From Hemiscyllium ocellatum (lineage: Eukaryota), in the NCBI RefSeq assembly GCF_020745735.1, contig NC_083417.1, positions 63,178,001 through 63,242,000 of the forward strand: a DNA stretch of 64,000 nucleotides, read 5' to 3'. Shown piece after piece: positions 25,560-37,650 of this stretch (the stretch's first letter is position 1; each line of letters opens with the position of its first letter). Position numbers and translations under genes: made by a program. Below the pieces are notes generated by a model. It saw only the letters and a list, made by a program, of their open reading frames with translations, had not been told where the DNA came from and searched no databases.

Positions 25560-28500
25560 TGTGACGGCAATTCTGTTGTGAAAGCCACAAAGAATCAGTT
25601 TTGCGTTCATGGAAGAATACAGCCACCAAGTTGGGAATTGAATTAACTAATGATCGTACCATGAAATCTAATGAGGTCCTCAAAAATAAATGTGCTCAAG
25701 TCAAAAATCAATAGAAACAAAAAGAAAAGTCACTGGTGACTGATAAACAAAACGAACTGTGCAGTTCGATGGTTGGCCTTGGTTTGGGTGCGGGAGACAA
25801 TGAAATTTCAGATTTAGATGAATGGTGTTCCTAACTATACCTTGCGCAGCCCTGCCTCCCTCACCCCCACCTAACCTGCAAGTGAGTCTTAATGCACCCT
25901 CCGGTTATTCCAGTCTCTGCCGAAGTCCAGAGCCCCAGCACACCCAACCCTAACCCTTTCCCCACAGACTGTTTAACCTCCTGCTTATCAAACTGTTGTT
26001 GCACCTAATTCTTGAATTCCCGTTGTTCCCTTGCTGCTGACCCCTGTATTTCTCCCACCTGGATTTACCCCCGTTATAGCCACTTCTTCTCATATTCCTC
26101 AGATCCCTGTTAGTTTGGCTGCTGCAGCTCACCCTCAGACATATACTGTTGCCGTAGCCACGCCTGTTTCTCCACCCCATCCTCAGTTTACTGAGCCTGT
26201 TGCTCGCAGTCAATGAAAATCAGAATCTCACCAATCCTCTAAAAGGTCTTACTGTGTCATGCCTCAACTCGTTCAATGATCAGAAACCCCGTTGAGTTGC
26301 TCTTCTGAGGACTCGGAAGATAAAATGCCCACTCCAGGCATGTTCCCTATGGGAGAATTGACGAATCCATGGGCTGGCGCTCTCGGTCAAAATGCCACTA
26401 TCCATGTCTACTGTCCCTGGAAGCACCATGAAATTATGTCCATTATCAGTAATGCTCCAAACCACCACAAGGCTCCTCAACAGTTCCTTGGTTTCCTAAA
26501 CACTACGATTAAAGTTTATGATGGCACTGACCAGAACCTTTGGGCCCTTTTTCAAAAGACCCTTACCCGTACTGAATACACCCGTTTCTATGAACATGTT
26601 GGATATGATTTTGCTGCCCTCCCCAATGTTGTAGTTCAGGATCATCAGCGACAGGATGATTTCCTAGCTGCTGCATCTGCTATGCTGGCAAAACCTATTG
26701 ACCTTACTTGTATCCTCGAACTTTGCCCTAAAAGTCAGGAGTCTGCTGAAGACTTTCTTGAACACTTCTGAGAATATTATGAGTCCTATGCTGGGGATCA
26801 AGCTTTGAATTTCCATGTTGTCAATGCTAAACATAACTCTGTGTTACTGAACTGTCTGCCACTCTCTGTCGCCACAGCAGTCAAGCCAAATATCCTGGAC
26901 TGGGTTGACGCTAATCCTAATCAACTTAATTATTCTGTTAAGGCTATGTGGAAACATCAGAGCGAAGACAAAGCTTTGACCCAAGTAAAGTCAGAATTTG
27001 TTGTTGAGGAGGAGACTTCTCAACAATTACCTGTGTATTACAGTAGCAGTCCTACAGCCACTCAACACCACAATCGAGGACGTGGCCGAGGGATCCCTCC
27101 CAGACAATGCCCTCACAATTGTTTCAATTGTGGCAACCTATATCAGTGGGCTCGTGACTGCCTGACTCAAGGTTGCTTTAACTGTGGCCACCTTTTCCAT
27201 TGGGCTTCTAATTGCTCTAAATGGGCACGGGGTGGGGTGGGGTGGGGAGGGGGGGAAACCCAGGTAGTGCATATGGAAATTACCCTCTGGGCCCTATGAC
27301 AACTAGGGGAAACTCCCAAATAATAATCACCCTTTTACGTAAGCGAGAGGCAAAGGACAACTCGCTAATTTTTTGCAAAATAACCCATTTTCCCAATGAC
27401 TAAGTAACTTTCCTTTACAGTCTATGCCTTACAAGCAGGAACCTACAGTCTTGCTTAAAGTTGAAAACAGGTGGTATCCCTTTCTGATTGACATGGGGGC
27501 CTCAATGTCTTCAATGAAATCCGACATGAACCTTCCAATCTCTAAGAAGACCAAAAAATTATCTGGCTTTCAAAGAGAAACCCACCATTATCCACTTTCT
27601 GATCCAAATCCTGTCCATTTCCAAAGCTATTCTGTGGGCTACTGCTTTGTGATTACTACCACATTATCCTACATTTTAATGGGACAAGATCTGCTGTGTG
27701 CCTTTCAAGTCAAACTGGCTTATTCCCCTGCTGAGTTGAATACAATGTCCACTCACCCCAATGATGGTCACTTGACCTTGACCCCCAAGGGTCTGGAAGT
27801 CATGCCACCCTTGCTTATGATCGGACAGGCCAAGACCAATCCCTTGAAGGGTTTTTTTTTAGGGACTTAATAGGTATTGAATGGACCATACAGATCCTAG
27901 CTTGGGTCACTGGGCCAGAGGGCGAAGCTGATTATGTTCAAATATGGAAACAAGTAGATACTTCAGCTCCTCACATCACCTGGAAGGTCAATCCGCCTCA
28001 TCATGCTAAGGACCTGGACTCTTTGGCAATCACCAAGGCTGACCCAAACCGCTATTATCTGCAAACACTCCAAGGAGGGATGACTGTCCTCTACTATCCA
28101 AAACCTACCTCTCACAATGCCACACTCCTGCACTATGAAAATCGTAATGTCCTTGATTTAGTCCACCCTGATGTATGGACTGAAACATCCTCGCATGTTG
28201 GATTTACACATTGTGAACCCATTCAGATTGCTCTGAACCCAAATGTTGTTCCACCAACCATCCGCCATACCCACTGAAACAACAGGCGATACTGAGCCTC
28301 ACTGCTCTAATTGATGACTTTCTCCACTAAGGCATCCTGGTCCCTTGCCAATCACCTTGTAATAGCTCAATTATGGCTGTCCCAAAATCTGGTAAGCCAG
28401 ACCAGTATAGACTGGTTCAAGACTTAAGAGCTACCAACGCTATTGTGCAACCTCTTCATGCCCTGGTCCCAAATCCAGCTCATATACTAGCCTCGGTACT

Positions 28501-28597
28501 ATCAGACGCTAAATGTTTTGCTGCTGTTGACCAGCAAAATGCTTTTTTCTCTCTGTCTCTTCATGAAGACAGTCAGTACCATGCGTGTTTAATCTTT
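25560..28597 (+). mobile_element. Decayed class I (epsilon/gamma-like) endogenous retrovirus: gag-pro-partial pol; no LTRs recognised
   Basis: PPAY late motif (25977-25988); MHR-like QESAEDFLEHF; two CCHC-type knuckles; protease FLIDMGAS...LMGQDLL; RT N-terminus YRLVQDLRATN...VDQQNAFFSL; breaks off before YxDD. Confidence 0.88.
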
Positions 28598-28819
28598 GCA
28601 CTTTTGAGGTTATCATGAACGATTCTCCTTCTCAACCTTTTGCCTTTGCCTGAAGTGTGGAGATACTCAGGTTAAAACTACCATCACCTATCTCTCTCTA
28701 ATGAGAGAGCAACCCTGTGGTCTGGTAGACTATGGCGACTTGTTGCTCTGTCTGACCTTCCCTTCAGATGCTGAAAATGTGATGCTTTGCAAAGAATTTC
28801 ATTTATTCCTTTATGCCCC

Positions 28820-29430
28820 CATCTCAATGATTTTCAGGCAGAACTTGGGGTCATGATGGCTCTGTGCTTAGTGCAGCTGCCTCACAGTAGCAGGGACCCA
28901 CGTTTGATTCCAACCTTTTGTAATTGTCTGCGTGGCTTGTTGTCCCCGTGTCAGTGTGGCTTTCTGCTAGCTTACCCGGTTTCTTTCCCACAATCCAAGG
29001 ACGTGCAAATTCAGTTGATTGGCTATGCTAAACTGCCAATACTGTTGAGGAATGTCTAGGTTAGCTGCATTAGCCAAGGGAAATGCAGAGTAAAACACAG
29101 TTTGGATAGAGGGATAGGTCTGAATGGGATGCTGTTCATAGGGTTGGTGTGGACTTGTTAACCTGAATGGCCTGTTTCCATATGTTGTCCCCGTGTCAGT
29201 GTGGCTTTCTGCTAGCTTACCCGCTTTCTTTCCCACAATCCAAGGACGTGCAATTTCAGTTGATTGGCTATGCTAAACTGCCAATATTGTTGAGGAATAT
29301 CTAGGTTAGCTGCATTAGCCAAGGGAAATGCAGAGTAAAACACAGTTTGGATAGAGGGATGCTGTTCATAGAGTTGGTGTGGACTTGTTAGCCTGAATGG
29401 CCTGTTTCCATATTGTGGGGATTGTATGAA
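28820..29430 (+). mobile_element. HE1-type SINE with an internal tandem duplication (about 244-bp unit)
   Basis: Unit ttgtccccgtgtcagtgtgg...cctgtttccat at about 28940-29181 and 29184-29411. Confidence 0.8.
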
Positions 29431-29849
29431 ATGATGTTTAGCTCAGGGGCAGGAGTCTCCATGCTGCCCCCATGACTCTTTCACCCATTTCCAAGTGTCC
29501 CCTCTACCTGGTGCCCCCACTCCCACTTTTAGCTTGATCTCTTCATTGAGAATGGCCAACTTTACATTGGCTACTTAATTTATCTGCTCCTCTAAAATAA
29601 TTTAACTTTGCATTCCTTTGAATTTACTGCACTTCATTCTCTCTGTTCTAACCTTGAATTCATCATCCTATTTGCTGATAAAATTGTGTTGTTCCCATCT
29701 CTCTGGAATACATAAGCACCAACTTTCCGACACATCCTCTTATCTGACTCTGGTTCATGGTTCCACAGAGGTCCCACAGAACATCAAGCTGTTATTTTTG
29801 GGATGGTTGTTAACCTTATCTTCTCTAGTTATCTACCCTCCACAGTTCA

Positions 29850-30830
29850 GGATGAAAACTGTAACTATTGGAGCATGACGGGAGTCAGTATTGTGGCCAC
29901 AAATGTGCACAGTATATATTAATGGCTTAGGTGTGGAAAGTAAATGTTCTACAACCAGGTACACAGATAGCACAAAAACAGTTGGAAAGACAAGCCATTA
30001 GGATGAGACAAAATTAGCAGAGGAATATAAACAGGTTACATGATTGGGCAATAATTTGAAAAATGTGAAGTTATTCACTCAGCCAATATGTATAGAAGAG
30101 CTGAATATTATGTAAATGGAAAAAGACTGAAAAAAACCTATGGAACAAAGAGATTTTTGAGAGCTTGTTGATGAAACACACACACACACACACACAAACT
30201 AGAATCTGAGTTGAAAAGTTAATATGGAAGGCAAATAGAATGTTACTCTTTATTTCAAAGGAATGGAGCAGATATGTAGGGAGATCTGCTAAAACTATAC
30301 AAGGCACTAATCGGACCATAACCGGATTTCTGTGAACAAATTTATTCCTATTATCTAAGGAACGATATATAGGCATTGGAGGTAGTCTAGTAAAGGTTCA
30401 CTAAGTTGATACCAGGTATGGAGGAATTGTCTTCTGAATACAAGTCGAGTAGGTTGAACTTAGAGTGAGAGGCAATCTTATTGAAATATAGAAGATTCTT
30501 ATATCTGGCAAGTTAGACCTTGAAACGATGTTTGCCCTTGTGGGAAAGTCCAGGTAGAGGGTACAATCTAAGAATCAGAGGTTGCACATTTAGGACAAAG
30601 ATATGAAGGAATTTCTTCTAACCGTAGTGAATCTGTGGAATTCCTTCCTACAGAGAGCTGTAAAAGCTAGGTGTTTAGTGATATTCAGACCTGAGGTAGA
30701 TATATTTTTTAAATGGGAAATGGAATCAAGGATGGCGAAAAGGCAGGAAAGTGAAGATGAAGATCATTATATCAGCCATGACCTCATTGAAAGCGAAGCA
30801 GACTTGACATACTGAATGGCCCACTTCTGC
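29850..30830 (+). mobile_element. Decayed CR1 RT/3' fragment
   Basis: KALIGP, gttcactaagttgataccagg, FLLTVVNLWNSFLQRAV and a CR1-type 3' tail. Confidence 0.7.
30176..30196. repeat. (CA)n microsatellite
   Basis: Direct reading. Confidence 0.9.
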
Positions 30831-31329
30831 TCCAGTTTGTGTACTGGGCACATGTTTTATGAGTTTCTCTCTGAGTACCCTCACAGTTTACGCTTTTATT
30901 TCTTTACCACGCCTCCTCTCTCTCTCTCCTTCTCTTTCTCTGTTTCTCTCTCTCACACCACTCCTAAGTCGTCATCATCATCATCATAAGATTATAATTT
31001 TGCAGCCCTGTTCAATTCCAAAGAAGAGGCAAGCTGGACTTATAACATCATCAGCGTTTCTCTCTCCACACAGGCTGCCAGGCGTGCCGAGTATGTTTTA
31101 TGATTTGACAAGTGTTGATCAGATCATTCCATAGCCGTCATTCTCTTGAATTTCTTTCTGTTGTCAGATTATGAGCAATCTCTTGTGTTCAGTGGTTAAC
31201 CACCATGGCAGTTACACTGCGCCAATATAATCTATGTTCTTTCTAGTCAGATTTCACTCTGAGATCGGCTTTGTTCTGTATTACAATCAACTGTGATAAA
31301 AACAAATTGTGGGTTATCCGGGACAGAAT

Positions 31330-33850
31330 TCTGTTGAATTTAAAAGGGATCGGTGAACATTTAAAGAAAACGTACATAGGATTACTGGACATTGCAAGAG
31401 GTGTTTTTACGTTTATTGCACAATCTGGAATTTCAAGACGGTTGTGACTGATGTTAAAACTTTTCTGGGATTGGAAAAATGCATTTGATGATTATTTGAA
31501 ATCTTTGAGAGTGCACCAAGAGAACGAACTATGAAGTCGGAAGTAGAAAATGAAAGTTGAAACTTGTAAAGTTGAGATGCTTAAAGATTTTACTCAACAA
31601 TTAGAAATAAATTGAGGGAAATCTGACATTGGCATGTCACCGTTGAATTAAAATTTAGTTGGAATTATAAAAGAAGAAAAAGAAATGAAAGAGTAATGGA
31701 AAGCATGAGAATGAAGAAGAAAAAAAGGGAAAAAAACAACAAATATGATAATTTTAACTGGATAGCGGAAAGGGTAAAATTGCAAAGAGGAATGGATATT
31801 TAATACTATATATTGACAATATATAGTCGGCAGAATTACAAAATATGCCTTTGCTACAGAAAAGCTTAGTCTAATTGTTGAAAGAGTATGTATTAGCTCA
31901 AAAGAAGATTTTTAGTCCATTGAAAGATTTGATTTAGATAGAAATCAGTTTTAGTTCCTAAATTTACAGAACATGGAGTGGAAAGATATTTCATTTCATT
32001 TGGAAAAGTGGCTTTGAGGTTGAAGTGGCTGAAAGATATTTGGACCCAAATGTCACAGAATATTCCAATAGGTACCATGATAAATATGAATGCCAGTTTG
32101 TTGAAGAACAAACAGTAGAGCATGAAATTGCAAGAAAAAAACCTAAATGTATATGGCCCTCAATGTATTAATGAATATGTCTTGAAATAAGAAACCAGAT
32201 TAGTCAGGAATTTGTGAAATTGTTAGGAAAAAAAAGTAATTGGTATTGGTGCATTATCTCACTGAAGATAGAGAAAACTCTTTGAGAGCTCAAAGACAAT
32301 CATACATTTGGCATTCAACAATCATATTGCAACATTACCTAGATGAGTATCAAATATCAAAGATGTGAGAACAGCATTTCTGACAGATTCCTACGATATT
32401 GCACACGGACATTTACTTGTGGGGTATAGGTCATACGTAAATCAACAAGGAAACTGGAATAGGATATCTATCTTGGTTTTAAAAGTGATTAGCTTTAGGA
32501 AATAAACAGAGGAATTCCAAACAATACAGGAAAAGGTTAGAACCCAAAAGTGATTAAAGAAAACAAATAACATGCCTTCATTACAATAAGATAGGACATA
32601 CTATAGCCGAAACAAGAGATGAGTTGCAAAAATGAAAGCCCAAGGAATTCTTCGAAGAGACAGCTATATGGAAAGGAAATGCCAATTAAAGCTGCAGCAG
32701 TTGTGCAAGTGAAGCATGTTGCATAGCATTCTATGAGGACGAAACAGATAACTCAGACCATTTACAAAAAACATATTATTGGATGTTCTGTACAGTTTAT
32801 TTAAAAGGGAAAGGTACATCCTTGCTCTTCTTATAAAGGAACCATAGCAATAAAGGTATGAGAGACAATGTTTGGTTAATGAAGGGAAGAAATTATTGGA
32901 TTTATACAGAACGTAGAATCTCATTCTAATATATTGAGTTGGGTTAGAATATGAAAAAAAAAGAATCAGAGCATTTTGACTAATCCATATTGAATGAACT
33001 GGTTTCAATTGAGTCAATGACATGAATATTCGAAGAGACCACACTGTTTACTTTTTGAGAAGTATAAATTGAAATGAAGTTGGATTGCAATACAATTGAA
33101 ATACCTGGAGAAGTTCGCAACTTAAAGGTTAAGAAGAATGGAAGCAAAAACTCTCATAGAATTCCTCATTCCTCAAACAAAATTGAATTCTTGAGCTTTT
33201 TGTGAATCTATGATTTTCAATGAGCATTTGTGCCGAATATCAGCACGATAGCTGTAACTTTAGCAGAATTCTCCAAAGGTGGGGAAAAATGAAATGGTCA
33301 GCAACGTGCTGATCATTATTTGAGAAGCTGAAGGTAGTGTTAACAAATGACTTTGCACCTTCCCGTGATTTTGCAAAGCATTTTAGAATCAATTTGAATA
33401 GCAATGACTTTGCAATTGGTGCAGTCTTACGACAAGGTGATGAATTTGGCAATACAGAAGACTCTGGGACTCTTTCAAACAAAGAGAAAACATTATTAGA
33501 AGAAATGCTCAACATTGGAAAAGTAAACTTTGGGATTATCATTGACTTTATCTTAGCATTTTGAAGAAAATGTTCATCATGATTGCAAAGAAACGCTCAT
33601 ATATACTTACAGTATTCTGTTAGCTTGTGTAAAGAAATTTATGACCTGAAATTCAAAATCGTTCAGATGGAGCTTATTGATTCAACTTTAACTATATTGT
33701 TGGAAGAGAAAACATATTGGAAAATGCATGATCAAAATGCGATCGTGGTGAAATAATTTAAGTATTCTGGAAGTAAATGAAAATCCATTCCTTAAATCCT
33801 GTGTAAGGAATGAATGAGGGTGAATGAATGTAATTTGATTATGTTGTTTT
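31330..33850 (+). mobile_element. Highly decayed Gypsy-type element (in duplication copy 1)
   Basis: FPIPQTK..FVPNISTIA..KW..FEKLKVVLT..DFAKHF..NDFAIGAVLRQ RT-connection/RNase H motifs near 33150-33450. Confidence 0.6.
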
Positions 33851-34569
33851 GTGTTTGTGCTATGTGACCTCACCTACACTTTATGTGTAGAGGTAGGGGC
33901 CAGACAGTTTTCTTGTTTAGGGTAAGATACTGGAAGTTGGACTACTATGAATGAAATACCAGGAAGGCTTTGCATTCTTTTGAGCTGTGGAATACAATGA
34001 TGTGTATCAAAGCAGGGAGGGGAGAATTCAAGGTTGCATGTCAGCCAGAGACAGTTTGCTGTGAATACTGATACAACATATTTATTCAAATCCTCTGCCA
34101 TTTCCTGGTCCCTTATTATTCTTTCCACAGGCCTTATTTCCTAAGGGACCTATACTATCTTTGCCTTCTCTCTTTTTTAATTTTTAAAGAAGCTCTCGCT
34201 GTCCATCTTTTTTGTTAGTTATGTTTCAGAGGATTTTAATTAAGTCTGGAACGATGACCCTTTGCTGTAGGTTGACACGTTAACTCATGTCTGTTCATTG
34301 AAACATTAACGTTTTGTTTCAGGCATCGCAGGGGTCGACTACTTATGACTGACGGTAAAAAAATTATTTAATTCAGACAATGGTAAATGTTTGAACTTCT
34401 CCAACCTTTAAGACTCACAGCTGACTAATGCTCACACAGTAATCTATAGCGCTCTGGATGCAAATGGCTCAAGGGATATTGATATATTGCAGCAACATGG
34501 TAGTGAGGTAGCTGTCAGACATGAAATAAATGAATGACAAATTGGGCTTCGCAAGTTTGATGGACAACT

Positions 34570-37500
34570 CCTATCCATTGTAACAATGTCCTTTAGTGCT
34601 TGGTATGACTTCAAGCCTGAATAGCTTTCCACAAGTTCTATTGACTTCAGTGTTAGTATTTGGAAATATAGAATGTAACACCTCGCCTGTGACTATTGAT
34701 GATACAAATATCTCAGCAAGGGGCCAAACAATCTCTTTCCTAGCTTCCCACAGAGTTCTAGGGTACTCCTGGGGATTTATCGACTGCCAAGAAATCCAGT
34801 ACTTCCTCCTCTGTAATATGAACAATTTTCAAGATGTCACCATCTATCTCCTTACATTATATAACGTCCATGTCCTTTTCCACAGTCAACACTGATGAAA
34901 AATGCTCATTTAGTATCTCCCTCATCTCCTGCGTCTCCACATAAAGTCCTCCTTGCTGATCTTTGAGGGGTCTGTTCTTTCCCTAGTTACCTTTTTGTCC
35001 TTAATATATTTGTAAAAACCCTTTGTATTCTCCTTAACTCTATTTGCCCTCCTGACTTCCCTCTTAACAATACACTTATTGCCTTTATACTCTTCGAAGG
35101 ATTTAGTCAATCTACCTTGTCTATACCTGTCATATGATTCATTCTTTTTCTGAACGAAACCTTCATTTGCTTTAGTTATCCAGAATTCCCTACACCTACC
35201 AACCTTTCGTTTCACCCTAACAGGAATATACTGTCTCTGGACTTTCACTGTCTAATTTCTGAGGGCTTCCCATTTTCCAGCCATCCCTTTATCTGTGAAC
35301 ATCTGCCCTCAGTCAGCTTTTGAAAGTTCTTGCCCAATACCATCAAAATTACCCTATCTCCAATTTAGAATTTCAAATTTTACATCTGGCCTACCCTTTT
35401 CTATCACTATTTTAAAACTGATATTGTTATGGTCACTGGCCCCAAAGTACTCTCTCACTGACACCTCAGTCACCTGCCCTGGCTTATTTCCCAAGAGGAG
35501 GTCAAGTTTTGCACTTTCTTTAGTAGGTACATCCACATATTGAATGAGAAACTTTTCTTCTACTCACTTAAAAAAAAATCCTCTCCATCTAAACCCTTAA
35601 CACTATGGCAGTTCCAGTCTATGTTTGGAAAGTTAAAATCCCCTACCATAATAACCCTAATATTCTTATAGATAACTGAAATCTCCTTACAAATTTGTTT
35701 CTCAATTTCCCTCTGACTATGTCAGGGGCCTATAATACAATCCCAATAAGGAGATTATCCTTTTCTTATTTCTCAGTCCCAGCCAAATAACTTCCCTGGA
35801 TATATTTCCGGGAATATCCTCCCTCAGTACATCTGTAATGCTATCCCTTACCGAAAACGCCACTCCCCCAACTCTCTTGCTTCCTTTTCTGTCCTTACTG
35901 TAACATTTGTATCTTGGAACATTAAGCTGCCAGCCCTGTCAATCCCTGAGCCACGATTTGCTAATTGCTTTGATATCTCAGTCCTATGTTCCTAACCATG
36001 CCCTGAGTTCATTTTGCCTTCCCTGTAAGGCCTCTTGCATTGAAATCAATGCAATTTAGTTTATCAGACCTACCTTGTTCTCTGCTTTGTCCCTACCTGC
36101 CCTAACAGTTGGACTCGCTTCCTTTCTCAACTGTACCAGTCTCTGATTAATCTGTTTCCTTACTGTCCCCCTGGACACCATCCATCCCTCACCTTAATAT
36201 TTTAAATTTTCCTGAGCAGCTCTAGCAAATCTCCCTGTCAGGATATTAGTCCCCTTCCAATTCAGTTACAAGGTCACTTCTACCCCAGAAGAGGTTGAAT
36301 GGTCCAAAAATGTGAAGTCTACTCCCAAACACCAGCCCTCAGCCATACATTATTCTGCTCTGCCCTCCTATTCCAACTGTCACTACCTCGCAGCACCAGG
36401 AATAATCCAGATATTACTACTCTTAAGGCTCTTCTTTTTAAATTCCTGCTTCATACTTTATATTCTCCTTTCAGAATGTCATCCTTTTCCCTTCCTATGT
36501 CATTGTTTTCAATGTGTCCAATGACCTCCTGCTGGTCCTTCTGCCTTCTGCACTCTGCACTCTCTCTGAGGCATTCTTGATCCTGGTACCAGGGAGGCAA
36601 CACTCCATTCTGATTTTTCGTTGCTGGCCACAGAAACTTGTGTCTGTGCCTCGGACTAGAGAGTCCCCTAACACAGTTGATCTCTTGGAAACTGACGTAC
36701 TACTCATTTCTTTAGAGCCAGTCTCGATACCAGAAACCTGGCTGTCCATGCTACAATTCCCCTGAGAATCAATCACCCTCCACATTTTCCAAAACAGCGT
36801 ACTTGTTTGAAATGGGCATAGCTACAGAACACTTGTGCACTATCTGCTTAACTCTATCACCATTCCTGGAGTTAACCCATCTATGTGACTGTATCTGCAA
36901 ATTTTCTCCCTTGCTATAACTGCCATCCATCACATCCCAATGAGACCATTCCTCATTGCCTCTAACTGTTTCTCCAACTGATCCATTCGATATGATAGGA
37001 TTCGCAAACAACAGCATTTATTGCAGATATAATCCACAGTAACACGTAAACTCTTCCGAAACTCCCAAATCTGACAAGAAGAGCATATGACTCTATTAAA
37101 GGCCATTTTTGCTTCTTTCAATCTATAGACCCAGAAAATAACAATGTCTCATTCCTTTACAAAACACTGCTCAGGCTAACCTAATACCTATTGTTTATAT
37201 TTTTAAGTTTAATCAAGCGACAAATCTCAATAAAACATATAATCAAGAAAGAAACCACTCTACTCACTACTGCAGACTTAATGGAAGGCTACACGTAACA
37301 TATTGACTTATCTGTTTCTATGCTGTGACCTCTCCCAAACAGGTTCCTCCAAGATTAGTTGTGAATTTCACTCTTTCTTAATTCTTTCTTTCTTTCTTTC
37401 TCTCTCTCTCTCTCTCTCTCCTGCACTGACCTCACCATGTGCTCGCTGCCTTTGTATGTGCCTCTCCCCGTTAAAACTGCTGTTGTTTTGACTTTTATTC

Positions 37501-37650
37501 CTCCAAAGTTATAAAACAATGCAACAGCATATGAAACAGTAGGTGCTGCTCCTGGAATGCAAGGAAATCACCTCCAACACCTAAACTACCCCAAAAAGGA
37601 GCAGCCTGTTACAGCCAGAAATGTTTCCCATCCTCCATCTTGGATTACCC
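34570..37650 (-). mobile_element. Second copy of the same CR1 family, inverted; 5'UTR-ORF1-APE retained, RT end missing
   Basis: Minus-strand MAFNRVICSSCQIWE, TVLGDSLVRG, LDLLLGNKPGQV; the 5' end gtaatccaagatggagga matches 19500. Confidence 0.9.

Larger units (their letters stand above)
28600..34575 (+). repeat. Segmental duplication, copy 1 (partner 58635-64000)
   Basis: Ordered matches across unrelated sequence classes, e.g. ggggcaggagt.tccatg (29446/58896), ggtcccacagaacatca, ttcactctgagatc, cttaaatcctgtgt.aggaat, tggtagtgaggtag. Confidence 0.85.
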
